This document shows, piece after piece, positions 12,301 through 26,764 of a DNA stretch of 64,000 bases. The notes under the pieces were generated by a model that made no database searches, was not told the origin of the DNA, and saw only the letters and a program-made list of their open reading frames with translations. The position numbers were made by a program, and so were the translations under genes. The stretch covers positions 22,636,152 to 22,700,151 of the forward strand of contig NC_068986.1 of assembly GCF_001194135.2 (NCBI RefSeq). Direction: 5' to 3'. The DNA is from Octopus bimaculoides (lineage: Eukaryota). Positions within the stretch are counted from its first letter, which is position 1; every line of letters starts with the position of its first letter.

Positions 12301-15300
12301 AAACATCTCAAACATTCCCCCACCCCTCTTACTAAGTGCAGATGCATACACACATGCATGTACACGTGCACACACACACACCAAATCATTTTCAAAGCAA
12401 AATTATTTTAAAACTGAAATGTCATCTGAAGCACAGTTTTGCGCAGTACTCCACTTGAACCTCTGAGCTCCATGGCATGTCTCAGACATTTAAATCTGGT
12501 GGAGTCCATACTTCTTCAGGTGACCAGAGCTCATTTCTTCTTGAGAGAAAAAAAATGACAAACTGACCTACAGAGGGTCTGAATGAACTGCAAAACACTC
12601 ACAAAGTTAATTGACTAATGATGCATGCGCTCACACATGTGCATGCATTCTCTATGTACATACGTGTGTTTGTTTATATTTGTCTTAGATACCTATTTTT
12701 TTCTAGCTTTCTAAAATGTCAGATAAACATGAAATGCCACCCCTCATCAGTTTGTGACACAGCTTCCTTGAGAAAATGCGCAGATGGCTGCTTTTTCTCT
12801 GCATCTGCTACCAAAAATTGTTTTCTATTATTTATTATTTTTTTTTTTGAACTGTAGATTCTTTATATAATTTCACTGATTCTTTCTTTTCACCTCTGTT
12901 ATTTCATAAGATTAATTAGAGTTATTGTGAAGGTTCATTCTCCAAAACATACAACCTTCTTAATGCTATATCTTGTACTGCATGTACTTGCGCATGTTCA
13001 TTTACATGTGTCTTGAGTAGAAAGTCATATATATCTGAAGAAAAATTTAATTTAATAATTAATTTCAATAAGATCGTGTAATGATTGATGGTATAGTGTG
13101 GTATAACTGTATTAGACTAAATGAAATAGTAAATACATTTTTTTTTTCTGTTGATTCCATTAATCATAGAAACATGGCTTGTTTAAGTTTTAACTTATGA
13201 TTAAGATCACTATTAACAATGTAGGATTTCATTCTCCTGTGATTTCACTATGATAATTAAAATATTCATTTTATACTATTATATTTCCAGTTCTTTTCAA
13301 CCAGGTATAGTATTTGCGGCCATTTGACACCAAAATATAGTGCACGACATTATATTTATTAAAGTTTTATCTATCTTGCTCATTTGTGAATTCATTACAT
13401 TACATTCTCCTAGATTCATACAGTTATTTAGTCTCAACTCTTTTTGGATGACTTTAACTTATATCTGTCTAAGGTTGATAAGGATTTGATAAAATAAATA
13501 CTAGTAATATATTGGGGTCAATTCGATCGATTATACCTCCTCAGCTTTTCTGTGTCTAGACAAAAGAATCAATATTTATTTGATATCTTGCAGACTCTTT
13601 CAACTCAAATGTGTCTAATGAAAGTATCTAGGAAAATTTATGCAAAGAATGAAGGACACCAGCTAATGATAAAAATCTGTGTCCCCCCCCCCCATCAAAG
13701 CTATGCATACATTCATGAGAGTAGCTGTGTGGTTAAAGTACTGGGCTATTGATCAAAAGTACACGTATTAGTATTTAGTAACACTCTTAAGCAAAGTAAA
13801 CTTGAGACATTTAACTGAAAACACAGCCACCTCTCCTATGTCGCAGCTTGTGTTAGCAATAAAAACCACCTTCTACATGAACTTATACAATGTCACATCT
13901 TTCTGGAATTCACTAGTTTGTACAAACATGGCAAAATAAACACGAGAGAGGTGAGGATACAGGAAGGAGTGGGGGAATGTCCATGTTATTAGTCTATAAT
14001 TAGAGGAAGGGTTAAAGTTAATCTTTGAAATCAGTTCAGAGTGTTAATTTGATATCTTAATCGTGACCTGATGAAAATATCATCATGAACTAGTTGAAAT
14101 TTGATTTACTGTTCATTTTCTTTAATATTTCCAAGTGGCTTAATAAATATTCAAAGGTAGTGCATTTGTCATAAATTTTTCTTTGTGGAATTGCAAATGT
14201 GTTGCCATTTTTGCTTATATTGGTTTTATTTTGCATTATTTATTTTTCTTTCTCTGTTCCTTTTGTTGTATCTAAAATAGATGTATATATAACACACAAT
14301 CTATTAGGTTTTTGGAAGAGTGCTGACGGCTTTTATCTTTTTGTAATGATTCAAGAGTCAGCATATTCGAGTGTTGCTTTTTGTTGCCTTCTATAATCCT
14401 GCAGAGTGTGTGTTACCAAAACTAGATTTCAAATGCTAGGTTTTCATTTCAGAGCTAGAAAATATTTCAGCCCTGGCAAGTGTTTATGTTCCTTTGGTTT
14501 AAGAACCAAGCTGTATATCACCCGTTGCTCTCCTCCTCACTCTCCTTAACCCCCACTTTTTTTTTTCCAATCTTTTTTTCTTTTTTTTAAGAAATGTGTA
14601 ACCCATTAGAATTGTCTGCCTGCCTACATTTCCCATACAGATATTCTACAGAAGCTCAAATCACCCTTAATCAGTCAGGGCAAGCTTGCAATATTAATTG
14701 GTTCCACTCCTCCTCCTCTGACTGTACCAGTTAGGAGGAAATCTCTGTCTGCACTTGCTCAACCTGCTGGAAATAGCAGCCAAATCTCCCTAAAATCCAT
14801 CTCAAGTAGGGAAAGAAAGCTTTAGATGATACAGCTCTATATATCCCTAAAATATGAGATCAGGGCAAGAACACGTTTCATCATAGATCTGCTCAATCAA
14901 AGATGACCTGAGGTTAACAACAACAACAACAGCAACAACAACAGTATTAATAATAATGAATATTTAGATTTAACTATGCATTTTATTTGCTGAGATTTTA
15001 GAATTGTGCTGATTTTTATGTGGCGATGACAGTGATGCCATGATGGTGATGACTATGATGAAGATGGTAATGTGAAACCAGTAGATTAACAGATAAGTGT
15101 TATCGCTTATATATGAATGGTTTTAGACTAAAAGTAAATTACAGAGAATAATCAACTGTAATCCATATTCCAAAAGTCTTGGGATTCAATAAAGCCATTT
15201 ACAACAAAACCAACTAAGTGGAATATAAATGTGGATTGTGTAATAAGTGTCTGTAAACAATGAACCACATCATGTCTAGCTGTTCAGGCTTGGGCAAATT

Positions 15301-16280
15301 GAATTACATACAAGTTCATGAATGTGTTATTAGGTACAACCATTGGACAATGTGTAAACACTATCAAATCAGAGCAGACAATATATTGTATCAACATTTT
15401 CTAAAACCTGTCATTGAAATTGATCTAGCTGTAATGCTGTATGATAGATAGGTATAACTAAACTTTTTTACAGTAATTTTGCAATGCAAGCTTGGTTGGT
15501 TTGATATTTGTTGGAATAATTATTTCACACTGAGATGCTGTTCCTATCATTAACTACTTAACTTGTGGAATGGGAGTGGCAAAGCTTGTGTTTGTCAGTC
15601 AGGTAAAACTGGTGCAACAGAATTATGTGCATTGTTCAGGTAGTAATGCCATCAGCATGTCCTTCATTACTTTAATGATTCTCAGCTGTTCTGTCTTTGA
15701 TAAGGGAATTAGGTGAAATGTGCAGACGTCTGTCTTTGAAGACACTTAAGAAATAAATGTTCATTAACGTTTTTATCTTAATAGATTGAGATGCTAGTGA
15801 AATAATGGATTTAGAGATAAAGGTAAAGTATCTGGAGGAGTCAGGTACAAACTGGCTGTACTGCACAGTTGGGAGAATCGTTAGCATCCTGGGCAAAATG
15901 CTTACCAGCATTTCGTTTGTCTTTATGTTCTGAGTTCAAATTCCACCAAGGTTGACTTTGCTTTTCATCCTTTCGGGGTCAATAAATTGAGTACCAGTGA
16001 AACACTGGGATTGATGTAATTGACTAGTTCCCTCCCCCAAAATTTCAGGCCTTGTGCCTTTAATAGAAAGGATTATTACGGAGATGTTACTTGCATAGCA
16101 AGTGACCTGATCTGAGATCGTGTGCTGAAACAAAACAATTGCAGCATGGAAGGTGCTTATAAGCCATTTAAAAACACACCAAAATCGTTAGATTCACTTC
16201 AACATTTAAATTTAATTTGCCAAAATATTTTCGTTGCTTTGAAACCAGTTCACTGACAAAATTCCATGCTGCATTATTAT

Positions 16281-16513
16281 TTATTTCTTTATTGCCTACA
16301 ATGGGCTAAACATAGAGGGGACAAACAAGGACAGACAAAGGGTTTAAGTCGATTACATCGACCTCAGTGCGTAACTGGTACTTATTTAATCGACCCTGAA
16401 AGGATGAAAGGCAAAGTTGACCTCAGCGGAATTTGAACTCAGAACGTTGCAACAGACGAAATACCGCAAAGCATTTCACCCGGTGTGCTAACGATTCTGC
16501 CAGCTCGCTGCCT
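16281..16513 (-). mobile_element. SINE family A, young full-length copy
   Basis: Closely matches 5573-5808 along its whole length. Confidence 0.85.
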
Positions 16514-16914
16514 TAAATTATTATTTATTATTATTATTAAGGTGGTGAGCTTGCAGAATCAATAGCACAGCGAACAAAATGTTTAGAAGCGTTTTGTCTG
16601 TCTTTTGTTCTCAGTTCATATTTTGCTGAGGTCAACTTTGACTTTCATCATTTCAGAGTTGATAAAATAATAACAGTTTAGAATTGGGGCCAATGTAACT
16701 GACTCACCTCAGCTCCTTAAAATTTCAGGCCTTGTGCCTGTAATGGAAAGGATTATTATTATTATTATTATTATTATTTAATTTTAAAAGTAGTCAAAAC
16801 GAATAAAGGGAAAAGCCAAAAGATCTTAACTTACATATTTATATATATAAAAAGAAGAAAAAATGTTTCTCTCTTTACTTGTTGTGTCTGGAGGAAGAGA
16901 CCATTATCTGTGGT

Positions 16915-17160
16915 CTTTGCAGGCCTTCCTGGACCAGAGAGATTGATGCTAATAATGTTCCTCTTGAATGTTGCAGAAAGGACATGAGCAAGGAGAGAAT
17001 TCCAGAGGGAAGATATTTTGAGGAAGAAGGACTGGATATAGTGATTGATGCAGGACATAGAGGATTGAACACTGCAAGGATGCTGGGATGGGAGTATCTG
17101 AGTAGAAGTGCTTAAGCTAGGATCTGAGTTGATTAGACTAGATTTGGAGCTCATGTATAC
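16915..17160 (-). mobile_element. CR1/L2/Jockey-group LINE ORF2 C-terminal remnant
   Basis: HPCSVQSSMSCINHYIQSFFLKISSLWNSLLAHVLSATFKRNI resembles the SFF.R...LWNSLP...FK motif. A more degraded, frameshifted copy probably lies at ~20400-20700. Confidence 0.55.
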
Positions 17161-20100
17161 CAGTATTAGAGAGTAGCAGAAGGAGGTAATTTTGTGTCAT
17201 CTTTAAAAATGAGAAAACATATTGGAGATTTCTGATGTCAGTGTAATTTACTGGTGATGTAATGGGAATTTGATTGAGTAACTCGGGCCACTCAAGGCTA
17301 CAAACTGTAATAGTCATATTAACTGCAGATTTCAGGACAAATCTCTGAGGTCTTGTTATTGAGTGACTTAGTTATGCGACTCAAGTGCATTGACCTTAAC
17401 AGCAAATAATGTCGAGTAAGTATTGATCTATCTCGTGTCAGCTTGTTATTGAAAAAGGTGTGGTGATGATGTTGTAAGCAACAGAAAGCTGAGATTAATA
17501 ATCAGAATAATCTTTGCTGTTCTAATAATGCAACATCAGAAAAATATTAAAACAGCAAAGGTGGTTTTGCTATAGATTAAAAAATGTCATTTTTGGACTA
17601 AATCATTTGTAGGTGGCAAATTGGAAGAGTCATTAGAGCAATGGAGAAGGAGAAAATGTTTTGTAGTATTTGTTCCGGCTTTGTTAGTACTGAATCTAAA
17701 TACTGCTGAGGTCATCTTTGTCCTTCATTCATAGCAAGAAAAAAAAAAAAAAGAGAGGGGGGATCCGTTTAGAATGATAGACAGATTGCTGGATTGTTAG
17801 CACATCAGATGAGAAGCCTTGTGGCATTTATTCTGGTTCTTTGTATTCCGAGTTCTGAGGTGCTAGACTTAATCGGTTGCTCAGTTTAATGCCACTGTGT
17901 GCCTTTAGTGGAGTTCACTCTTTGGCAAATATTCAGACCAGGTTTCCAGTTTGTGAGGATGACTTCTTCTTTTCTTCTTTCTGCCCACCAGTTTTAGAAG
18001 CCCTGAAAAAAAAAAAAAAAAAAAAAATTAAGGGCATTAGGTGGTACCCTTCCCTTTTCTTCCTGATTAAGTGGTTGAAAAAAAAAGAAAAAAAGAAAAG
18101 GAAAATTCATTGGTAGATATTTTGTCAACTCAAGAGGAATGAAATGCAAAATCAACCACCATTCTGATTTGACCTTACACCAAACTAGATATTAAACAGC
18201 TCTTCAATATTTGCCTCATGTCAGTTACCCTTGGAAAATATATTGTCACTCTTTAAGTTTTTAATTATTTAACAGTTTGAATTCATGTCACCAACTTAAA
18301 ACTCTTTTTGACACTAAGTCTCCCAAGGTCATTTTTTTTAATGTACTTAATTCTTAATTAAAACTTTCCATTGTAATTTTATGTAAATACTTTTAGCTAT
18401 ATATGTAGTTGTGTTTATGGCTTTATTGTTGAGAAGTTCACCTTACACTCACATGGTCTTGAGTTTAGTCCCACCAAGTGATATCTTGAGCAAGTGTCTT
18501 CTATAACCCTGGGTTGACCAATATGTTTTGTGACTGAAATTGGTAGACAGGAGTTGTGTGTACTTACATGTATTTGTATGTTTATGTCTGTCTATATATT
18601 AGCACTGCTTGGTGGGGGAAAAGTGAAATAACAAAAACAGGTATCTTTCTTTATGTTCTATAACTTAGTATTGCAAAAATTAGTGATTGTTAAGATCAGT
18701 ACCAGACTTAAAAATATATACTGGGATCTGTATGATTGACAACAAAAATTTCTAGGCACTTTTCTCGGCATTTTGGAGTTGAATGACCGAAACATGTTAA
18801 AGAATACAGTGTTCCAAAGACCAGTTTAACAATGAAGTAATGAGGTTATTTTATTAAGTCTCTCCGAATGTTTCATTATCTCTTGAATTAATTGGAACAA
18901 AATCACTGTATTTCATTAGAAATATAGTCATGAAAGGGTTTAGCAATGAGAGCGGGATCAGGCAGCTACTAGGTGGATTGTGTGAGACCAAACAGCTTTC
19001 AAACAATGTCTATATCGCCATTTAATGTCAAAGAGCTGGAGAGAAATCAACATGGCCAAATATCATGTCTCACTGCAATTACATTATAATTGTAATTTGA
19101 TGAGCAGACAAAATCAAACTCTTTAATTGATTTCAAATATAGCTGTTGTTTACAGTTTGATTTGATTTTCTTCCTTTGACTCTTTTGTATTTTTGCTTTT
19201 TTTTTTAAAACTTTTATTTTCATTTAAATGTTTAAATTCTTTCATTTGTCCATCGATTTGCTTTTTTTCCCTTTTAATTCATCAAGTTTTTTTGTTTTAT
19301 ATAGAATCTCTTTGTTTCTTTTATTTTTTTCTTTTAACTTTCTAACTTTAACCTTTTTGTTATCAACCTGCCTGAGACTGACCCCCTGATTCTATGATAC
19401 TAAATTATTGTTTTAAATCATTCTAAACTAAAACCTTCCATCAAAAATTTTGTGTTAATTTATGTTCTAACACCAGCTTAATAATGAGTTGTTTTACTAA
19501 AAATCTTTGTTACTTTTTAAAATTAAATGAAACAATGGCGGCATATTTCAACAGAAATATAGTAACAAAAGAAGTTAATTCCTTCATTCATTCATTCTTT
19601 AATTTCTTTATTCTCTTTAGCTTCTCTATTCATTCTTTTATTAGTTTCTTCATTCTTTCTATCTTTAGTTTCATCATTATCCAATTTCTTCATTTTTAAA
19701 ATTAATTTCTTCATTTGTTCTGTCTTCCATTTATTTATCTTTCGTTTTCTCAGTCTTTATTTTTTTTCTGCTTTTTTAAAAATATTATTTCTTCATTCTA
19801 TCTTTCTTTAATTTAGTTTATTCTTTTTCTCTTTATCATCATCCTTCCTGTATTTATCATCTTCATTCTTTCTATTATTACTTTCTTCACTCTTTCTCTC
19901 AATAGTTTTCACAAAATTTCTATCTTCAGTTTTTCATTTTTTTTTCTCTCTCAAAACATTTTCTCTTAATGTCAATGAGACAAAAACTGAATGTTGCTTT
20001 AATCTATGTTGCTCAAAACGAGTGAATAGACTAATTAGTCTTTTATATATACCCACTGAATTCACATGTGAGACAAGATCATATCTTGTCCTAGTTAAAG

Positions 20101-21181
20101 TTATATAACTATCTTCACTATTTATTTTATTTATATTTGTTTCTTTGTCTCATCTCTCAATATCTTTGTATATCTTTAATTAAGCCCTGTTTTTCTATTT
20201 TCTCTGTTTCTCTCTCTCTAGTTTACATTAGTTGGTAATGGTTTTTGATTCATCAGTCAGTGGTGATTGGTAAATCTACACCAAAAAATGCATTACCTGC
20301 ATTGAAATTTATTTTGTAGAGTTCCTTCTTTTTTTTTTTATATTTTAATTTAGTCAGAAGAAGATAGCAAGAGACCTTCGTCTCTGAATGTGCTACCAGA
20401 CTGACAAAACCAATGTGGCTCATGTTCATTTTGAACTTGTGTAGATCAGTGTCTACCCGGGTGGGGAGTGGGGGAACATGGATAGAGAGGGAATTTATTT
20501 GCAAGAGTTGCAGACCTGAGGAAGAATACTCAGACAATGTGTACACTTAGAACTGGATCTGTTGGGACAGAAATATAGTCTGGGTACAAAGGAAGGAGGG
20601 ATGCATTAGTTAGGATTGTGTGGGTATGTGATGTAGAGCATCTGTTAGAGGTATAGGAGGCAGTCAGAAGAAACAATGGTCTGTGAATCTGTTGTTGTAA
20701 TGTGCTAGTGATTGTGGTTTTCCCAATAATCCAAACACCCTAACTGCAGCACCATCCCATACATATAATCAGTATTACATAGTGGGATTACTCTAAGATT
20801 ATGTAAAGAATTTGCTACTGAATAGAACTGGGATATTCTTTTTTTTTTTTCCTAAAGCAAGAGCCTTGTCTTTAGGATATGATTTTAATAGTGATATATA
20901 TATATATATATGTGAAACAATTTTGAGATTGTGGTGCTCAGCATTTTTGTCATAATTTTCATGGTTTATTTGTGTGTTGTTTATAAGAAGAGCATGGTAT
21001 AAGACTTTCATTGGTATATGTAGTAACTGAGTCTTTGTGCTATTGAAGAGACAAGATCATCATCATATCCCAATTGGAGATTGTTTTGAAATCTCTGTTC
21101 CTGGAGGTTGTGTAAGTGTTTACATTGTAAGTGTATGACACCAGTGTGTTAAAAGAATAAAGGCTGGTATAATTTTTGTAG

Positions 21182-21221
<40 letters not shown>

Positions 21222-24200
21222 AAGAGAGAGAGAGAGTGTGTGTGTATATGAGTATGTGGGCGGGTGGGTGATTCTTTTTAAATAAGTCTCCAATCTCATG
21301 CTTTTGTGCCTTTTGTTAAAACATGTCAGTACAACAGTATCATAAATATATATCATGTATGAAGACTTTCTATATTTCACCTCATTTTGTTTTATCAGTT
21401 GTTTTTAGACCTCATTTTGTTTTTTCTTTGTTCATTATTGCGATCCTATTCTTTGCCATATCTTCTGCTCTGAGATTCAAAAATGAATATAAATTAATTA
21501 AATTACGATTTAATATAGGGATTCAAGGGTAAATTATGAATTAAAAATTATCTGTTTTAAAGGTCTCTTCGATAGAATTAAGACCATTTAGTTAATCACT
21601 CTAGCAAAATGTTATAAATAGATTGTAATTTATTGTAATTATGATTGACTGATAAAGTCTTGGAATAATCTGAGTAATTGATTTTCTTTCTGAAGATATT
21701 CAAAGTTCTCATTTTTCTTTTTGGTTGTAACACAGTTAAATGATTCAATATGATAATATATTAAAATTCTTCTCTTATAAACTCCAAAGAGAAATAAATC
21801 TCTAGTGGAAATTGAACTCAGCTTCTACAATTTGTGCAAATTTTGCCATTTTAATCTAAATTTATGAACAGTTCCATGATTCAATTTCCTAATTGTAAAT
21901 ATTCATACAACTGACTTTTCCACTCTTTTCTCTTGTAATCTACTGAAAGATTTAGTCAGTTCCTCAATCATATTTAGCATGTTTGATTTTTGGTTTAGTC
22001 CCAACTGTTAGTTCAGAGAGTTTCAACCATATCAAAATTCTGCTTCACTTAAGCTCTCATTAATATTGGAATTACTTAAAATTGATAATTATGTTGATTC
22101 TAGATTCATATTTAATCAGAGGGAATCCTTGAATTTATTTCAATATATGTTTTTATATTAACTATGCAGTGCATGAATTGTTTGTATCTCTAGATTATTT
22201 CATCGACTTTATTGGATTGATACTGTATGTTTGAGTTTAAGCTACAAATAATGATAATAAAAATAATCACACTTAGTTGACATTGAGACACCCTATCATG
22301 AGATAAGCTTATTTAACTGGATTAATCTTTTATCTGAAATGAGAAAGAATAAAGAGGAAGGAAAAAAATGTGTGTTATTTATTTGAAATTGTGCAAATAT
22401 CTTTCAGATTAAAAAAAATACAGATGAAATGTTCAGTTAAATTCTGAGAGTGTATTTAATTTTATTTTAGGGTGATTCATTAATTTTATGTCCAATTTTG
22501 CTGTGCTAGAATGAATTAGACAAATATCTTACTGAGGCATTGTTTTATAGGCACATGCCTTTCTCAATACTGACCCTTGCAGAGAATGCCATGACTTCTA
22601 AACAACTGAATATCAGTGGTTAACAGACACTGACATACATGTGCACGCATGCAATTGGTTTCTTTTTCTGTTTCTGTGTACCAGGCTAGAGTAGAAGACA
22701 TTTGGCCAAGATGCTGTGCACTGAGACTGAACCAGAGACCACTTAGTTGGAAAGTGAACTTCTTAACCATACAAATATGTCTGCTCCTGTTTATTTAATT
22801 AAAACTGGTTAATGTATGGCTGTGAAAATCAAATATATCTCTTTAAAAACTGTAATTCTAATTTTTAGTCATTATGTTTAAAACAATACTGGAGCACCTT
22901 CATTAACTTTTTATTTTTTATATTTGAGAAATGTGTAATTTGATAAGTGATTTCTTTGTGTTATTATGATATATCCAAATGAGAGTAAAGAATTGATTTC
23001 TTAAATAGACATAAACACTAAAACTACAGAAGTCTTTGTGATGTTCAGACCATTCTTCATAACATTGACAGTGTGATCTATGCAGCGATTGAAACAGTCA
23101 TCATGGATCACGGTTTTATAAGTTTACCTGTTGTTGAAGGAAGATCAATATATCAACACCTGTCTTCATAACATGGACTTATTTTGTTTTGGAATGATTT
23201 TACATCAGATTTCCATGCCAGCATGAATTTGAATGGTTCTGTTAATTTTGGATTTTTACACACGTTTTGATTGGAGCAAGTCTTTTACAATGAGATGACA
23301 CTTTTATCGTAACACAACACTAATGATGATGTGCGACTGGTAAAATGTTTACAGAGATGTCATCTGAAGTAAATATAAGTTCCATCCATTGATAAGCCAA
23401 TGGCACACAAAAGCTGTATTATGCTTTTATCTTGTCATCTTGTTGTACCTAACAACTTTCCACCTTAATTACACAACCGATTTATTAAAATAAAGTGAAC
23501 AAACTAATTAGATTTATGTTTCATTATCTTCCTCAGTAAGTTCTATTGACTTCTCTCGTTCATTGTCCTATTTTGCTATTTCTGCACTTTTAGTACAAAA
23601 TATTGCATTCAAACTTATTACTAGACACATTAATCCTGATCAGTTTTCCACTATTTTCATAGACAGACCTAACTGCTGGTCAGATTAATTCATAACTGAA
23701 ACAAGCTTTTTTTAGTTAGACATCTATCCTATTTTCAGCTGTTTCACTGTTCTTCATTATTACTGCTATGCTGTTGTAGTCTTTATCTTATATAGTCATG
23801 TTTATATGTCTAATACATTTGTTAAAATTTGGATTCAGGTTGGTTAGCTGGACTAACTAACAGATTTTAGTATTTCCCACATGGATTATGCAGCTGTTTA
23901 AGAAGTCCACATAATAACCATGTGGTTCTGGGTGTTATCCCATTGTGCAGGACTTTAAACCAGTATCTTTTACTATAACCTTGGATTAACAAATGCTTTG
24001 TGAATAGAACTCGGTAAACAGAAACTGTGCACAACTCTGCTACATATATAAACACATACACACATGCGTGATGGATTCTGTTGTCGTGAACTACAAATGA
24101 GGGTCCAGTAAAATAAAGTGTTAATCATGTTCTATGGACGTGAATGTATCTCTTGAGGCCTGCTGGTGCCTTGCAAGCCTTTTTGGCAAAAGGAACAAGT

Positions 24201-25344
24201 TGAGGACTCAAGCTTGAGTGCTTGTGGATCATTCACTATGTGTCTTCTTGAGTGGATGGCAAGGCCTGCTTTGCTTCATGCTACAAAACCATTATTACTG
24301 CCATGCTGTTGTAACCTTTATTTTATCTATATATCATCATCATCATCTTAATATTTCAATGTTCATTTTTCCATGTTTCCTGTCGCCTCACCTGTTTCCA
24401 AGTAAGGTAATATTTCCCCATGGCCAAGCATAAATAGTAAACATTCACACATATGCATACATGCACACACACAATGGGCTTCCATACAATTTTCTTTCAC
24501 TAATTCCAGAAACGTACAACCAGCAATATCACTGTTCAGAAAATTGATTTTAAAAGTAATAATAAAGCTAACTTCTGTTAGTACAATCTTAGTTTGTATT
24601 TTCACTTGAAACTAGTGTAAGTCCTGTTTCATTTCATTCATAATTAATTACACAAGCTTCTTTTTTTATATTTGTCAAAATATTATATTTTCATCATTAC
24701 TTTCTTAACACACCTGTTTATTTTCACAATTTACCTGCTCAGAGTATCTTGTTCGTATATGTGTACAAACACACACACACACACACATTTGTATATAAGA
24801 CATTCTTTATCGTGTGTGTGTTTACTTTTAGCAAAAAACTTTTGCATCCACCTATACTTTCTACATTTATACATGAACAGTTGAAGTAAATCTACCCAGT
24901 TGTTTTTCAGACAAAGCTGTTTTGAAGATGACAACTAAAAATAAGTCAGTAGCAGTTTATATGATGTTATATAATAAGCCAGCCTACTTAAAATCAAATA
25001 TGTTTGCTGTTCTATATCCTTTGTGTTGTTGCTTGCTATAGCTGAGTGATGACATGCAAATAACACGACAGGCTTTTCTTTCTCACTTACTATTAGATAT
25101 CAGAAGATACTTTCTACAATTTCTGTAGGTATGCTTTAGAAAAACAGAACTCTTATTTATGTTTTCTTTAATGCTCTACTTAGTTCCTCATTGTCATGCT
25201 TCTCAACTAGAGCTTTCCTATTATATCAACAATATGGCTGAAGTGAAATACCTCAGGGAAGAGTTCTGCATACTGAATGCAAAAAACAAAACAAAACAGG
25301 ACGCACACGCATGCGCGCTTTGATTAACAGAAATTATCTGTTAT

Positions 25345-25521
25345 GTCTGCCGTTGAATTCTGAGTTCAAATTCCGCCGAGGTCGACTTTGCCTTTCATCC
25401 TTTCGGGATCGATAAATTAAGTACCAGTTATGCACTGGGGTCGATGTAATCGACTTAATCCCTTTGTCTGTCCTTGTTTGTCCCCTCTATGTTTAGCCCC
25501 TTGTGGGCAATAAAGAAATAA
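25345..25521 (+). mobile_element. SINE family A, 5'-truncated young copy
   Basis: ttctgagttcaaattccgccgaggtcgactttgcctttcatcctttcgggatcgataaattaagtaccag...gtgggcaataaagaaata. Confidence 0.85.
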
Positions 25522-25823
25522 AAAATTCTCTATGCAATTAGTAGATAAAATTTCCATGTAGTGGTGCCTACAATTTACTTACAACAAGAGGATAATTCTA
25601 CTAAAAGCTATTCATTTAAATTATAGGGAGGAAAAAGAGAAAATGCAGTATAGAAGTAGATCTGCTCTTTAAAAAGGCAACTGGTAAAAATAACTGAGGT
25701 GTTTTGGTCTTATTCAGCCTCTTTAGCAAAGCACATCTTACCAATTATGATCACTTTTAGTCATACCTTTATAGTTTCACCAACTGATTTTGAAGACCAA
25801 ATCCTCTCCCTTACTGCATCTTC

Positions 25824-26207
25824 CTCATCATCATTTTAATGCCCACTTTTCCATGCTTGCATGTGTTAGAAATAATTTATTGAGGCAGATTGTCTACAGC
25901 TTCCAGTTGCCTACTCTCACCTGTTACCAAGCAAGGTAATATTTTCCCATGCCCAGACATGTTTTTTTTATGGATGATTGGAAATGAATGATACCTTGTA
26001 TGAGAATGAGGATTGCTTACAACCATCATATGATAACAAAGCCAGGAGACAGACAGATGGACACTAATTTCAGTTTCTGTCTACCAAATCCACTCACTAG
26101 GCCAAGGGCTGTAGTAGAAAACATTTGCTCTAGGTACCCTACAATGGGACTGAAACTGAGACCACATGATTGGGAAGCAAGATTTTTAACTGCATGACCA
26201 TGCCTGT
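25824..26207 (-). mobile_element. CORE-like SINE with RTE-derived 3' tail
   Basis: Head and body as family B at 26060-26207, continuing into ggaaaatattaccttgcttggtaacaggtgag...catgcaagcatggaaaaagtgggcattaaaatgatgatg, which resembles the RTE terminus. Sister copy at 3840-4194 (-). Confidence 0.7.
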
Positions 26208-26528
26208 CCATTTCCGAAATTTTCCAAAATTTGCAATTGATGAATCATATTGGAGTTATTGTTCCTTCTTTATTGACTTTAGATTTTAAGCACAACTAGA
26301 AGGAGCTTTTAGTCTACTAAATGCATGAGTAATCTTAGTTAACTGAAGTTTTTCTACTCATATTACATGTATTACATATATGAAATCTGCATGCTTAACA
26401 TATGCAGAACGCTCCCCTGAGGTATTGTTCCTTGACCATATTGTTGATATTCATAACCTTCACTATATATATATTGTTTTTGGATTTGGTTTGCAAGATT
26501 CTTTATGCGAGTTCGTGTGTTGAAGCAT

Positions 26529-26716
26529 ATTCTGTTGTGTCTGGGGAGAGTCATTTTCTTTTTGTGCCTTATAATTTAACAAGACTATTGAAAAGGTTGC
26601 AAGATGCAATGAAAATTTTAGGAAAATAAAAATAAGAAATAAGTGGAAATTTTACCGGTGAGTGTGTTAAATTATAAGGCACAAAAAGAAAATGACTCTC
26701 CCCAGACACAACAGAA

Positions 26717-26717
<1 letters not shown>
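26529..26717. repeat. Perfect 53-bp inverted repeat with 83-nt spacer
   Basis: 26529-26581 is the exact reverse complement of 26665-26717 (checked base by base). Confidence 0.95.
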
Positions 26718-26764
<47 letters not shown>

